A DNA stretch of 64,000 bases from an uncultured Gammaproteobacteria bacterium (GTDB lineage Bacteria > Patescibacteriota > Patescibacteriia > UBA9934 > GWF2-40-263): contig CAZIDX010000002.1 of NCBI GenBank assembly GCA_964538435.1, positions 41,566 through 105,565 on the forward strand. The letters are read 5' to 3'. Shown here piece by piece: positions 9,546-18,079 of the stretch. The position numbers were made by a program, and so were the translations under genes. The notes below the pieces were generated by a model. It saw only the letters and a program-made list of their open reading frames with translations. It was not told where the DNA came from and did no database searches. The stretch's first letter is position 1; each line of letters begins with the position of its first letter.

Positions 9546-10586
9546 ATGAGTGAACAAGCGCCAGACAATCAAAAATACACCTCCTTTGAGCTCCCCAAAG
9601 CACCAGAGCAAGAGCAACAACCTCAAGGTCAAGAACAAAAGGTTGTTGAGCTTAAAGAATCACTAGAAGCAAAACAAGAACTCACAACTTGGACAGAAAA
9701 AATAGTTGAAGATGCTCTTGATGATCTTCAGATTGAATTTGACTTCAACTTTCACGAAGAAAACTTTACCTTTCACGGACGCGAACACTCACAAGATGTT
9801 ATTGACCGATCTGCAACCATACTAAGAACCATGCAATCTGAAGGAGGGCATGTCAGCGAAAAAGACGTTGCTCTGGCTAAAATCGCTGCAGCATACCATG
9901 ATGCAAAGCAAGAATGGGTAGTGAATGATCAGTGGAAAGAAGGAAGTGATGATGCAAAATTTGGAAAAAAACTTCGTCAGCGCAAAACAAGAGACAATGA
10001 AATCAATAGTGCGAAAAAAGCTATTGAAGCAATGCGTTATGCCAACAAGGGTGCGGGAAAAGAAATTTTCACTCAAATAGACATGGAACGTGTTGCTGAT
10101 GCCATCGAAGGCACCATTCCTGGCTTTGATCCAGATCTTGGAACAGTTGTCCAGCCATCAGCAGAATCCTCACAAGATATCATCACCCGAGCCATCGCAC
10201 TTGCCGACCTGGGTGAGGCAGGTATGTCAGGACCCAAAGCATTCCTTGATGGAGGCGATAAGCTCTTCATGGAAGAAAACATTGACATGTGGAATCTTGA
10301 TCCAGCAAAACTTTCTGATGAGCAAAAGGTATATTACAAAAAACGCATGGACGGATGGAATGGATTTCAACCAATTTTTGCAAACGGAAGAAAAGAAAAG
10401 CTTAGTGATGAACTAGCAACACTCCCTGACGAATCCCGCACCCACCTAGAAAAACTCTTCAATAAATTCGATGCATCAGTCAAAGCTGCCACAGCGCGAG
10501 CAAAGATCAGAAAAGGAATGAACTTTGACGAGCTCTATACCTCCATGGGTTTTATGGACTTTGCTGAAGAACGTAATGCAGCCTAA
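9546..10586 (+). CDS. HD-domain metal-dependent phosphohydrolase-like protein with charged N-terminal extension
   Basis: FHGREHS...AAAYHD...NE..SA...ALADL. Confidence 0.7.
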   Translation: MSEQAPDNQKYTSFELPKAPEQEQQPQGQEQKVVELKESLEAKQELTTWTEKIVEDALDDLQIEFDFNFHEENFTFHGREHSQDVIDRSATILRTMQSEGGHVSEKDVALAKIAAAYHDAKQEWVVNDQWKEGSDDAKFGKKLRQRKTRDNEINSAKKAIEAMRYANKGAGKEIFTQIDMERVADAIEGTIPGFDPDLGTVVQPSAESSQDIITRAIALADLGEAGMSGPKAFLDGGDKLFMEENIDMWNLDPAKLSDEQKVYYKKRMDGWNGFQPIFANGRKEKLSDELATLPDESRTHLEKLFNKFDASVKAATARAKIRKGMNFDELYTSMGFMDFAEERNAA

Positions 10587-10587
10587 T

Positions 10588-10845
10588 ATGAACATTGAAC
10601 AAAGATTGGACATTATCGAAGAACGAAATAAACGCGTAGAAGCTGACAAAGCTTGGGAGACAAGCACCTTCCGCGTAATCTCCATCACCCTCATCACCTA
10701 CATCATCGCCACAATCGTCATGTTCCTGCTCGGCGTGGTAAAACCCTGGCTCGGAGCCCTGATCCCAACGCTTGGATACTACTTATCAACCAGATCCCTC
10801 CCCATCATGAAACGCTGGTGGATAAACAAGCACTTAAAGAAATAA
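10588..10845 (+). CDS. Small conserved membrane protein
   Basis: IEERNKRVEADKAWETS followed by two TMs; followed by a bidirectional terminator. Confidence 0.75.
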   Translation: MNIEQRLDIIEERNKRVEADKAWETSTFRVISITLITYIIATIVMFLLGVVKPWLGALIPTLGYYLSTRSLPIMKRWWINKHLKK

Positions 10846-10887
10846 CAAAAAACAACCCACAATGGGTTGTTTTTCTATTCAGTAAAA

Positions 10888-11886
10888 CTAGTCAATGTAA
10901 TTCTTAAGCTCAGACGCTTCCACAAATTCCTCCACAATCTTTTCAAGTGTTTGTTTTTGAACAGTGATCGCAAGCAAGTGCAACTGCGTGTCTTCCCCTG
11001 CAACAATCGAGTCGTTTACAAGAAAGATGGCAAACCCCTCTTCAAGCTCAAGCATTTCTGTATACTCACCAATCTGAAGATCTTCTACATCCTGAGCCCA
11101 TGCTGATGGAATCGATGACAACTTCACGTACCCGAGGTCGCTCTCAACAGAATCATCATACGCAGCATGAACATCCTTTGCCACCTGAGCAAAATCTTCA
11201 CCTGACTGCACGCGCGCATAGGCTGCATTCATTGCATCCTGGCGATCTTTCTGAATTTCGTCATTTTCAAGAACGAATGTGTGCATCTGAAGCGCAAGAA
11301 CAATGGAGTCAACAATGTTTTCTTTAAACTCTTCTGTTGTCCAGCCAAAGGTCTCCTCAAGTTCTTCAGCAAACACCTCCTCACTCTCCTGCCCGCTCAA
11401 AATCCCTTGATAGTAATTCTCAGCCTCCCCTTCATCAATCTCCACCCCATACTCATCAGCAAGCTGACGAACAGCAATCTTGTTCACAAGTGTTTCTGAA
11501 ATAGCGTCTTCCAACTCCTGATCAGATGGCGCAGACTCGTCAGCGCTAAAGAAACTGACAAGCGCATCATACTCATTCAAATACTCTTTTATAGAAACTG
11601 TTGTTCCATTCAGTGTAATCGCAGGATACGGAATAACACTCGCCACAGCCCTAACAAAACCATCAGAAACCGGTCGTTTATAAACTTCACGAGTCACAAG
11701 ACCAAATGCCACCAAAAACAAAACTAAACTGATAACGATTTTTTTCTTATGGGAAGAAAAAAACGCCCGTCTTGGTGACGTGGTTGTATCATGTTTCTTG
11801 TGTGTTTCAGGCTTTTTCTTTTCCGTTTCGGTATGTTTGTGAGTTGTAGAATGTTCTTTGTGATCCCCCTTGTGAGAGCTATTCAT
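10888..11886 (-). CDS. SurA/PrsA-like foldase (peptidylprolyl isomerase)
   Basis: N-terminal TM, SurA-N-like helices, GEDFAQVAK...DLGYV parvulin-like segment. Confidence 0.75.
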   Translation of the reverse strand: MNSSHKGDHKEHSTTHKHTETEKKKPETHKKHDTTTSPRRAFFSSHKKKIVISLVLFLVAFGLVTREVYKRPVSDGFVRAVASVIPYPAITLNGTTVSIKEYLNEYDALVSFFSADESAPSDQELEDAISETLVNKIAVRQLADEYGVEIDEGEAENYYQGILSGQESEEVFAEELEETFGWTTEEFKENIVDSIVLALQMHTFVLENDEIQKDRQDAMNAAYARVQSGEDFAQVAKDVHAAYDDSVESDLGYVKLSSIPSAWAQDVEDLQIGEYTEMLELEEGFAIFLVNDSIVAGEDTQLHLLAITVQKQTLEKIVEEFVEASELKNYID

Positions 11887-12340
11887 AGGCAGAAATTTGA
11901 TCAAAAGCTTGTTTGTTGAAGAAGTAATACCACCACTTTGTCGGATTTGCAAGTGCCATGTTTGTTGATAAATCTGTGATCACAAACCCTAGCGGGTCAC
12001 TGGAGTCTACCACAACCCCCTCCCCTGTCACAACAGACTCTTCATCTTGAATAACAACAACATTTTCACCTGGTTTTTTCATACCAAGCTTGAGCCGGGC
12101 CTCACGTTCAATATACGACTCACTCTGAAGCGCACTCTGAAGCGCACTGATATTACTGTTCTCATCCGCAAGCTCAGCAGCCTGCACTTGAAGCGCACTG
12201 ATCTCAGATTGAATCGTGTTATTCCTTACAACCTCCTTACCCAAAGACAATGACAAAAAAACAATAACCACAAAATTCAGAACGAATAGGAATCGCCATG
12301 AAATCAGTCGCTCTACAAATGTTCCTCTAGGAGCCGGCAT
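11879..12340 (-). CDS. Septum formation initiator (FtsB/DivIC family)
   Basis: TM, coiled coil, then YIEREARLKLGMKKPGE. Confidence 0.85.
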   Translation of the reverse strand: MPAPRGTFVERLISWRFLFVLNFVVIVFLSLSLGKEVVRNNTIQSEISALQVQAAELADENSNISALQSALQSESYIEREARLKLGMKKPGENVVVIQDEESVVTGEGVVVDSSDPLGFVITDLSTNMALANPTKWWYYFFNKQAFDQISAYE

Positions 12341-12342
12341 GA

Positions 12343-12849
12343 TTATTCTTGTTTGTCTACGTCGTTTTCGTCTCGCAAATCATGCAAAAGATCAGCGATA
12401 CGCGCTGGACGCTTAACATAATAAAACTCAATATCCGCAGCATTGCCCTGAAGTTTTATCTCAAGTTCCCCAAGTCTAAAAATAGTCTTCCAAAAACCTT
12501 TAATCCGATAAGCAACATCATCAACCTGATAATGGCGCGCCTCTGTGATCGTTCGGGCATAGAGCCCCTCCTGATTGAAATCCACAATCCGCCGGTCTGT
12601 TACAAGAAGAAATGTTCGAGACCAAACATAAAACGCTCGCCAGATTAGAAACACAGCCACCACAAGCAAAACAAAGAAAATGATCACCCCAATCGTTCCC
12701 TCTCGAAAAAGCGGAAACATCAAAAAGAATGGAAGTGAAAGTAAAATGATAAAAAACGTAAACTTTGGAATCTGAGGCAATGCCGATTCATGCACAACCT
12801 CAAGAATTTCTTCCCGCGGCTTCAATTTTATCAGTCGATCAGGTTGCAT
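12343..12849 (-). CDS. Membrane protein with bacterial PH domain
   Basis: Two TMs then LLVTDRRIVD...IKG...IFRLG. Confidence 0.7.
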   Translation of the reverse strand: MQPDRLIKLKPREEILEVVHESALPQIPKFTFFIILLSLPFFLMFPLFREGTIGVIIFFVLLVVAVFLIWRAFYVWSRTFLLVTDRRIVDFNQEGLYARTITEARHYQVDDVAYRIKGFWKTIFRLGELEIKLQGNAADIEFYYVKRPARIADLLHDLRDENDVDKQE

Positions 12850-12852
12850 AAC

Positions 12853-14190
12853 TCATGATTTCGAATGAATAGCTTTACGCGCCGCCTCTCTATCATCCCA
12901 AGAAATCTTCTTGCCGTTTGCCACAGCCATCACCGGCTCACTTCCTTTCCCAGTAATCAGCACAAGATCGTCAGGCTTTGCAATGCTCATTGCAAAATCG
13001 ATAGCCTCCTGCCGATCAAGAATCCTAAACAAGTTTACATCCTCTTGCGCACCGGCCTGCACAGCCGCATCAGCAACATCGTGAATGATCTGCATAGGAT
13101 CTTCATCGTAGGGATCTTCATTTGTCACAATAGCAATATCATCCCGCTCAGCAGCCATGCGCCCAAGAATCTCTCTTCGAGCCGTGTCACGCCCTCCTCC
13201 AGCCGACCCTGTCACGTGAATAACTCTCTCATGAGGAATAAGCTCAATGGCTTCGTAGACCGCAGTGAGCGCTGCAGGCTCATACGCATAATCAACTATC
13301 ACCGTATGCGGCTGCCCTTCATCAATCCGTTCCAATCGACCTGGAACCGCCTCAAGAGACTCAACCGCATCCCGAATCTCTTCCCAGCCTTTTCCAAACG
13401 CACGCAGCACAGCGATTGCCGCAAGAACATTCAACAAATTAAACCGGCCCACTGGCTTGAAGTGAAACGTATGACCAGAAAGCACAAACGTTGTGCAAGC
13501 CCCAGAAAATTCAACCTGCTCTGGAATAACAGGATTTCTCGTAAGCTCAAGAGTCAACCGATCTCCAGCATGCTCACGAATCCCAAACCCAGCTTTCACA
13601 TCTGCTTCATGCGCCAAAAAACTAAACGCATGATCATCATCAATGTTCACCACGCTCACAGTTTCAATCTCCTTCTCACCAATTGTTTTTCTTTCTTTCG
13701 CACTGAGAGAACGAAACAGAAGTTCTTTTGCGCTCTTATACGCATCAAACCCGCCATGCGCTTCAATATGTTCAGGAGTCAAATTTGTAAACACAGCAGC
13801 ATCGTAATGCACACCAACATGCCTATGCTGAACCAAACCTTGTGAAGAAGTCTCAACAATTGCATACCCACAACTCTGCTTCTTCATCTCATAAAGAAGC
13901 TTGTGCGTCTGAAAGCGTCCAAGCATGGTCATCTTCTGATCATTCACCCACTCCTTCTTTCCAACCTTCAAACTTGCTGTTGATGTCCACCCAACACTCT
14001 CACCCATCTGCTCAAGCATTCTCCCCAAAAACTGCACGGTCGTAGACTTCCCATTTGTCCCAGTCACACCAATCACCACCATGCTCTCAGACGGATGATT
14101 GTATGCAGCTGCAGCCACCCGAGCCAAAGCATAGTGATATGCGGTAATCACCTTCTCAGGAACTAATTTTCGAATGAAACGTTTAGTCAT
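12853..14190 (-). CDS. murE: UDP-MurNAc-tripeptide synthetase MurE
   Basis: GVTGTNGKSTT, ETSSQG, FTNLTPEHIEAH, VPGRLE, VDYAY, TNEDP, GKGSE. Confidence 0.93.
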   Translation of the reverse strand: MTKRFIRKLVPEKVITAYHYALARVAAAAYNHPSESMVVIGVTGTNGKSTTVQFLGRMLEQMGESVGWTSTASLKVGKKEWVNDQKMTMLGRFQTHKLLYEMKKQSCGYAIVETSSQGLVQHRHVGVHYDAAVFTNLTPEHIEAHGGFDAYKSAKELLFRSLSAKERKTIGEKEIETVSVVNIDDDHAFSFLAHEADVKAGFGIREHAGDRLTLELTRNPVIPEQVEFSGACTTFVLSGHTFHFKPVGRFNLLNVLAAIAVLRAFGKGWEEIRDAVESLEAVPGRLERIDEGQPHTVIVDYAYEPAALTAVYEAIELIPHERVIHVTGSAGGGRDTARREILGRMAAERDDIAIVTNEDPYDEDPMQIIHDVADAAVQAGAQEDVNLFRILDRQEAIDFAMSIAKPDDLVLITGKGSEPVMAVANGKKISWDDREAARKAIHSKS

Positions 14191-14193
14191 AAA

Positions 14194-14254
14194 AGCGACT
14201 AGCGTATAGCGATTAGCGATTAGTCTATACGCTATTCGCTAAACGCTCCTCGCT
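14194..14254. repeat. 61-bp heptamer-repeat hairpin (copy 1)
   Basis: (AGCGNNT)x4, loop, (NNNCGCT)x4 just upstream of murE ATG. Confidence 0.85.
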
Positions 14255-14360
14255 GCATTTTTAACATACCCCAAAAAATTTCCAGCATCCTGGACAGCTT
14301 CATTGTACCATGTTTGTTAAATCAAAAAGCGGGGATAACCCGCTCTTTATTGACTTTTTC

Positions 14361-15848
14361 CTATTTTACTTCCTCATCCTTTTCCTCAGATTCAATCGCA
14401 TCATATGCCTTTTGAAACTGCTCTCCCCTATCAAATTCATTCCTAAATAACTCGAAACTTGATGTCCCTGGCGAAAGAAGAACAATATCCCCAAGAGCCA
14501 CATGCTCCCCAGCAACTTCCATAGCACGCTGCATTGAATCTACTCGCTCAACAGGCACGCGGCCACCAATTCCGTCTTCAATTGCATCAGCTGCTGACCC
14601 ATCAAACAAGGCAACAAATTTACACTGCTCACCAATCTCTTCACCCATCTCCTCATAACTAAGCCCCTTTGCGCCCCCTCCTGCGATAAGCACGATGTTG
14701 CCTCCTTTTCCAAAACGCTTTAGCGCAGCCATGACTCCCTCAGGAGAAAACGCTGCCGTGTCATTGACATACATTACACCCTCTTTCTCCCCGATGATCT
14801 CTTGCCGTCCTGGAAGTCCCGCAAACTCCTTGAGTGTCACATGAATATCATCATCAGAAACACCTGACAGATGCGCAACAAGTGATGCAGAAAGCGCATT
14901 CATAATATTGTGATCACCCTCAAGCTTCAAATCATGCGCATGCGCAAACCCAACCTTCTCCCCATCTCGGACCCGCACAAAATCATCACCATCTCGATAA
15001 ACCCCCTGTTTTCCTTCTGGAAGCTCCTTTGAAGAAAACCAGAAGATATTTTTTGATGGAATCTCCTCTGCAATATCATCCATGATCTCCTGATCTGCAT
15101 TAAGAACAGCATATTGCTCCTCGCTCTGCTCCATAAAAATCATTTCCTTTGCACGCAAGTAATGCTCAAACGAATCGTACCGATCCAAATGATCCTTATA
15201 CGCATTCGTCAAAAGCGCTGCGCTCGGACCAAGCCCAAGCCCCTGCAATGTCTCAAGTAGCCACGATGACAACTCAAGCACGATCGGAACAGGTTCTGTT
15301 TCTTCTAAAAGCCAATCCAAATCCTCAAGCGGTGAGCGGGTGATGTTTCCAGCCACAACAGCTTTTGGATGCTTATGCTTAAACATCTCACCAAGCAATG
15401 CTGTAGTCGTGGACTTCCCTCGTGTCCCTGTCACAGTCACGATAGGAAACTTGCAGTAGCGGAAAAACAAAGAGACATCACTCTCAACAAGCACCCCTTC
15501 TTTTTTCGCAAGCTCCACAAGCTCTGACTCACGCACAACCCCAGGATTCTGCACAACCATGTCAACATTCGTGAAATTATCTTCATCATGCTTTCCAAGA
15601 ACAAACACCGGTGCATAGATATCACGATCCTTATACTCTTCACGATACTGTGTATACCAAGTCATAATCTCATCAATGGAATCACGAAGATCGCCCTCAT
15701 CTTTTAAATCAGTGATCACAATCTGAGCACCATGCCGCATGAGCCATTTTGCTGCACCAACACCACTTCCTTTTTTATAACGCCCAAGCCCCATGACCGT
15801 TACCATGGAATCCTGAATGTTCTCGATTGAAGATAAATCTAAAGCCAT
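14361..15848 (-). CDS. murD: UDP-MurNAc-L-Ala--D-Glu ligase MurD
   Basis: VMGLG, QNPGV, VTGTRGKSTT, ELSSW, DHLDRY, YVND, LLSPG.SSF..F....RGEQF. Confidence 0.93.
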   Translation of the reverse strand: MALDLSSIENIQDSMVTVMGLGRYKKGSGVGAAKWLMRHGAQIVITDLKDEGDLRDSIDEIMTWYTQYREEYKDRDIYAPVFVLGKHDEDNFTNVDMVVQNPGVVRESELVELAKKEGVLVESDVSLFFRYCKFPIVTVTGTRGKSTTTALLGEMFKHKHPKAVVAGNITRSPLEDLDWLLEETEPVPIVLELSSWLLETLQGLGLGPSAALLTNAYKDHLDRYDSFEHYLRAKEMIFMEQSEEQYAVLNADQEIMDDIAEEIPSKNIFWFSSKELPEGKQGVYRDGDDFVRVRDGEKVGFAHAHDLKLEGDHNIMNALSASLVAHLSGVSDDDIHVTLKEFAGLPGRQEIIGEKEGVMYVNDTAAFSPEGVMAALKRFGKGGNIVLIAGGGAKGLSYEEMGEEIGEQCKFVALFDGSAADAIEDGIGGRVPVERVDSMQRAMEVAGEHVALGDIVLLSPGTSSFELFRNEFDRGEQFQKAYDAIESEEKDEEVK

Positions 15849-15852
15849 ACGT

Positions 15853-16515
15853 TTAAAGTTTGCCTTGAAGATGAGCGATTCTCACGCTAATCCAGGCCTG
15901 AAACACTTGATAAAACATCACAACATATTGTAGCACACCACGGACATATCCAACCTTCTCATACTTCCTCCGAATCGATATGTGCTTGAGCACCACTGCC
16001 CCATAAACATACCCTCGAGATCGGCAATAATAGTTCAATGACGCCTCAACCATGAATCCCTTTAACAACTTTGGACAAATACCCTCGATCACACGCCGCT
16101 CCATAACACGCTCACCCCCTATCAAAGGCAAATGAAGAGCAATCTGAGTAAACCCAAACCCCTTATCACGAAGACCAACATTCATCACTCTGTCCCCACT
16201 CAAAACCGGAAGCACAAGTTGCTCCACATGTTCTTTGGTAAATCCTTTGAGGTCCGCATCAAAAAAACCAATGACCGAAGCGTTTGTCTGACTCACACCA
16301 TAAAGCATTGCCTGCCCCTTTCCCTGATTCTTCTCAAAAGCATATACGCGCGCACCTGCTGCCTTTGCAACCTCGCAAGTGCGATCAGTAGATCCATCAG
16401 AAACAACAATCACTTCTTCAATATACTCAGAAGCCAGAAGCGGATGAATAACATCTGCAATCGTTTTCTCTTCATTCCACGCAGGAACAATAGCTGTGAC
16501 CCTACGCTGCTCCAT
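15853..16515 (-). CDS. Glycosyltransferase family 2
   Basis: IVPAWNEE, VSDGSTD, NQGKG, FFDADL; start at MEQRRV. Confidence 0.88.
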   Translation of the reverse strand: MEQRRVTAIVPAWNEEKTIADVIHPLLASEYIEEVIVVSDGSTDRTCEVAKAAGARVYAFEKNQGKGQAMLYGVSQTNASVIGFFDADLKGFTKEHVEQLVLPVLSGDRVMNVGLRDKGFGFTQIALHLPLIGGERVMERRVIEGICPKLLKGFMVEASLNYYCRSRGYVYGAVVLKHISIRRKYEKVGYVRGVLQYVVMFYQVFQAWISVRIAHLQGKL

Positions 16516-17191
16516 ATATCCCTTTAGAATTTTGCCGCTTCTCAAGCTCAACAATACGAGCCTCAAATCCTCCAAGGAGCTGTCGCGCAACCCCAACCAT
16601 CTCAACAACAGCACCTGAATCGAGTTCCTGACCAATAACATGCTCCAAAGAATCCGCAACACGACCAAGATAAATGCTTGCCAGCTTATACTCTGCAATA
16701 GCCATATCAACCCCCAACGCATCACCCCTTAGCTCCTCAAGGATAGCCACCGAGAGTTTAATGGGAACCAAATTTACATTCGCATACACACAAAACATCT
16801 CTCGAGATCGCACGTTTTCATGCTCATACTTTCTATGCGCAAACGCATAAACCTTCCGCGCCCATGCGCGCGCATGCTGATACAAGGGCTGACGACTCAC
16901 TTCTTTTCGAAAAAGTAAAAGAGATGCTTCATCTGGTTCTTCTCGCTGCTCTGAATCTGTAAACATCTTTTGATTTCCAAACAAAAAAACGTCTCGTTCA
17001 AAAACGTTTTTTAATGACTGATCAAACAACTCTTCAGTTTGAAGCTGCTCTTGAAGAACCTCTTGCTCCATGGTGAGCCGACCATCCAAAGGAACATCGT
17101 GACGCTCAAAAAGATCCTCGATATGATCCTCGAGTAAATCAACCTCATCTCTATAAAACACCCAAGGGTAATCACCGTCACCAGTGGTCAT
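16502..17191 (-). CDS. Hypothetical protein
   Basis: About 230-aa ORF coupled to both neighbours. Confidence 0.7.
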   Translation of the reverse strand: MTTGDGDYPWVFYRDEVDLLEDHIEDLFERHDVPLDGRLTMEQEVLQEQLQTEELFDQSLKNVFERDVFLFGNQKMFTDSEQREEPDEASLLLFRKEVSRQPLYQHARAWARKVYAFAHRKYEHENVRSREMFCVYANVNLVPIKLSVAILEELRGDALGVDMAIAEYKLASIYLGRVADSLEHVIGQELDSGAVVEMVGVARQLLGGFEARIVELEKRQNSKGIYGAA

Positions 17192-17192
17192 A

Positions 17193-17768
17193 TTATTTAT
17201 CACGTAGCGAGAGATCGTACACCATCTCTTCTAGCCTTCGGTAATTCTTTTTTGCTTGGTCAAACTTTGTTCGAAGGTATCCGGTCAAATCCATGTCTAG
17301 CAAAAACTCAATCACCATTGCCACAACCTCACGCGCCTCATGCACGGCCTTTGTATCACCCTGAGTCACACGCTTCATAGCATAACGCACAATCTCACCA
17401 GTTGTGTCAGAGAGTCCACCAAGATAGATCCCTGGCTCCATAGCACGCTCATCAATCGCACCAAGCTTACGTGTGGTCATGTAGCTATAAAAAAGCGCAG
17501 CCTCAGCATACTCTTCAAGTGCAGCCTTGTACGCACCCTCATATTTTAGATCCGGAAATTTCTTGAACTTCTTTTCAATAAGAGCAAAGACAGCAACCGC
17601 TTCCTTTAAGAGCTTTTCTGATCCTGAAATATCATCACGATGAAGAGCAAAAATTGCACGCTTTGATCGGCTAAGAGCCTCGTTTGAACGACCAATAAGA
17701 TCACGACGCTCCTTCTCCCGAGTTGAGTGTCGTTTCTTTAGCCTTGAAAAAATTGCTGGAGTTTTCAT
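17193..17768 (-). CDS. Translin/TRAX-family protein
   Basis: SKRAIFALHR...ALEEYAEA...YLGGLSDTTGEIVR...LRTKFD match translin family pattern. Confidence 0.85.
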   Translation of the reverse strand: MKTPAIFSRLKKRHSTREKERRDLIGRSNEALSRSKRAIFALHRDDISGSEKLLKEAVAVFALIEKKFKKFPDLKYEGAYKAALEEYAEAALFYSYMTTRKLGAIDERAMEPGIYLGGLSDTTGEIVRYAMKRVTQGDTKAVHEAREVVAMVIEFLLDMDLTGYLRTKFDQAKKNYRRLEEMVYDLSLRDK

Positions 17769-17914
17769 TTTGTTTTGCGAGAACCATCAACCAAATTGAT
17801 GAGTTCACGAATAAGTCTCTCCTGCTCCTCCTTGTTACCCGTCTTCCTACGAATCGCAGCTTTTTGCTTTCGCACATACTTAGCCAACGATCGAGGATAT
17901 TTTGTCTTAGTCAT
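17765..17914 (-). CDS. Small basic protein (49 aa)
   Basis: MTKTKYPRSLAKYVRKQKAAIRRKTGNKEEQERLIRELINLVDGSRKTK; stop overlaps translin start (ATGA); too short for the ORF track. Confidence 0.65.
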   Translation of the reverse strand: MTKTKYPRSLAKYVRKQKAAIRRKTGNKEEQERLIRELINLVDGSRKTK

Positions 17915-17977
17915 AAGCAGGTAGTAGATGAATTAAAAATCCTCTCCCCTCTCACTAGAGAAAACTCTAAACAGCCG

Positions 17978-18076
17978 CCCAGGCCGCCAAACGGCCATTC
18001 GAGGTCGTAGGTTAAAAACATTTACAACGAGTTTTTAAACTACGACCTCGTGGCCGCCCCAAGCCCCCACAGCAAG
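17978..18076. repeat. 99-bp dispersed hairpin element (copy 1)
   Basis: About 10 mismatches versus 37930-38028; long stem. Confidence 0.9.
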
Positions 18077-18079
18077 AGC

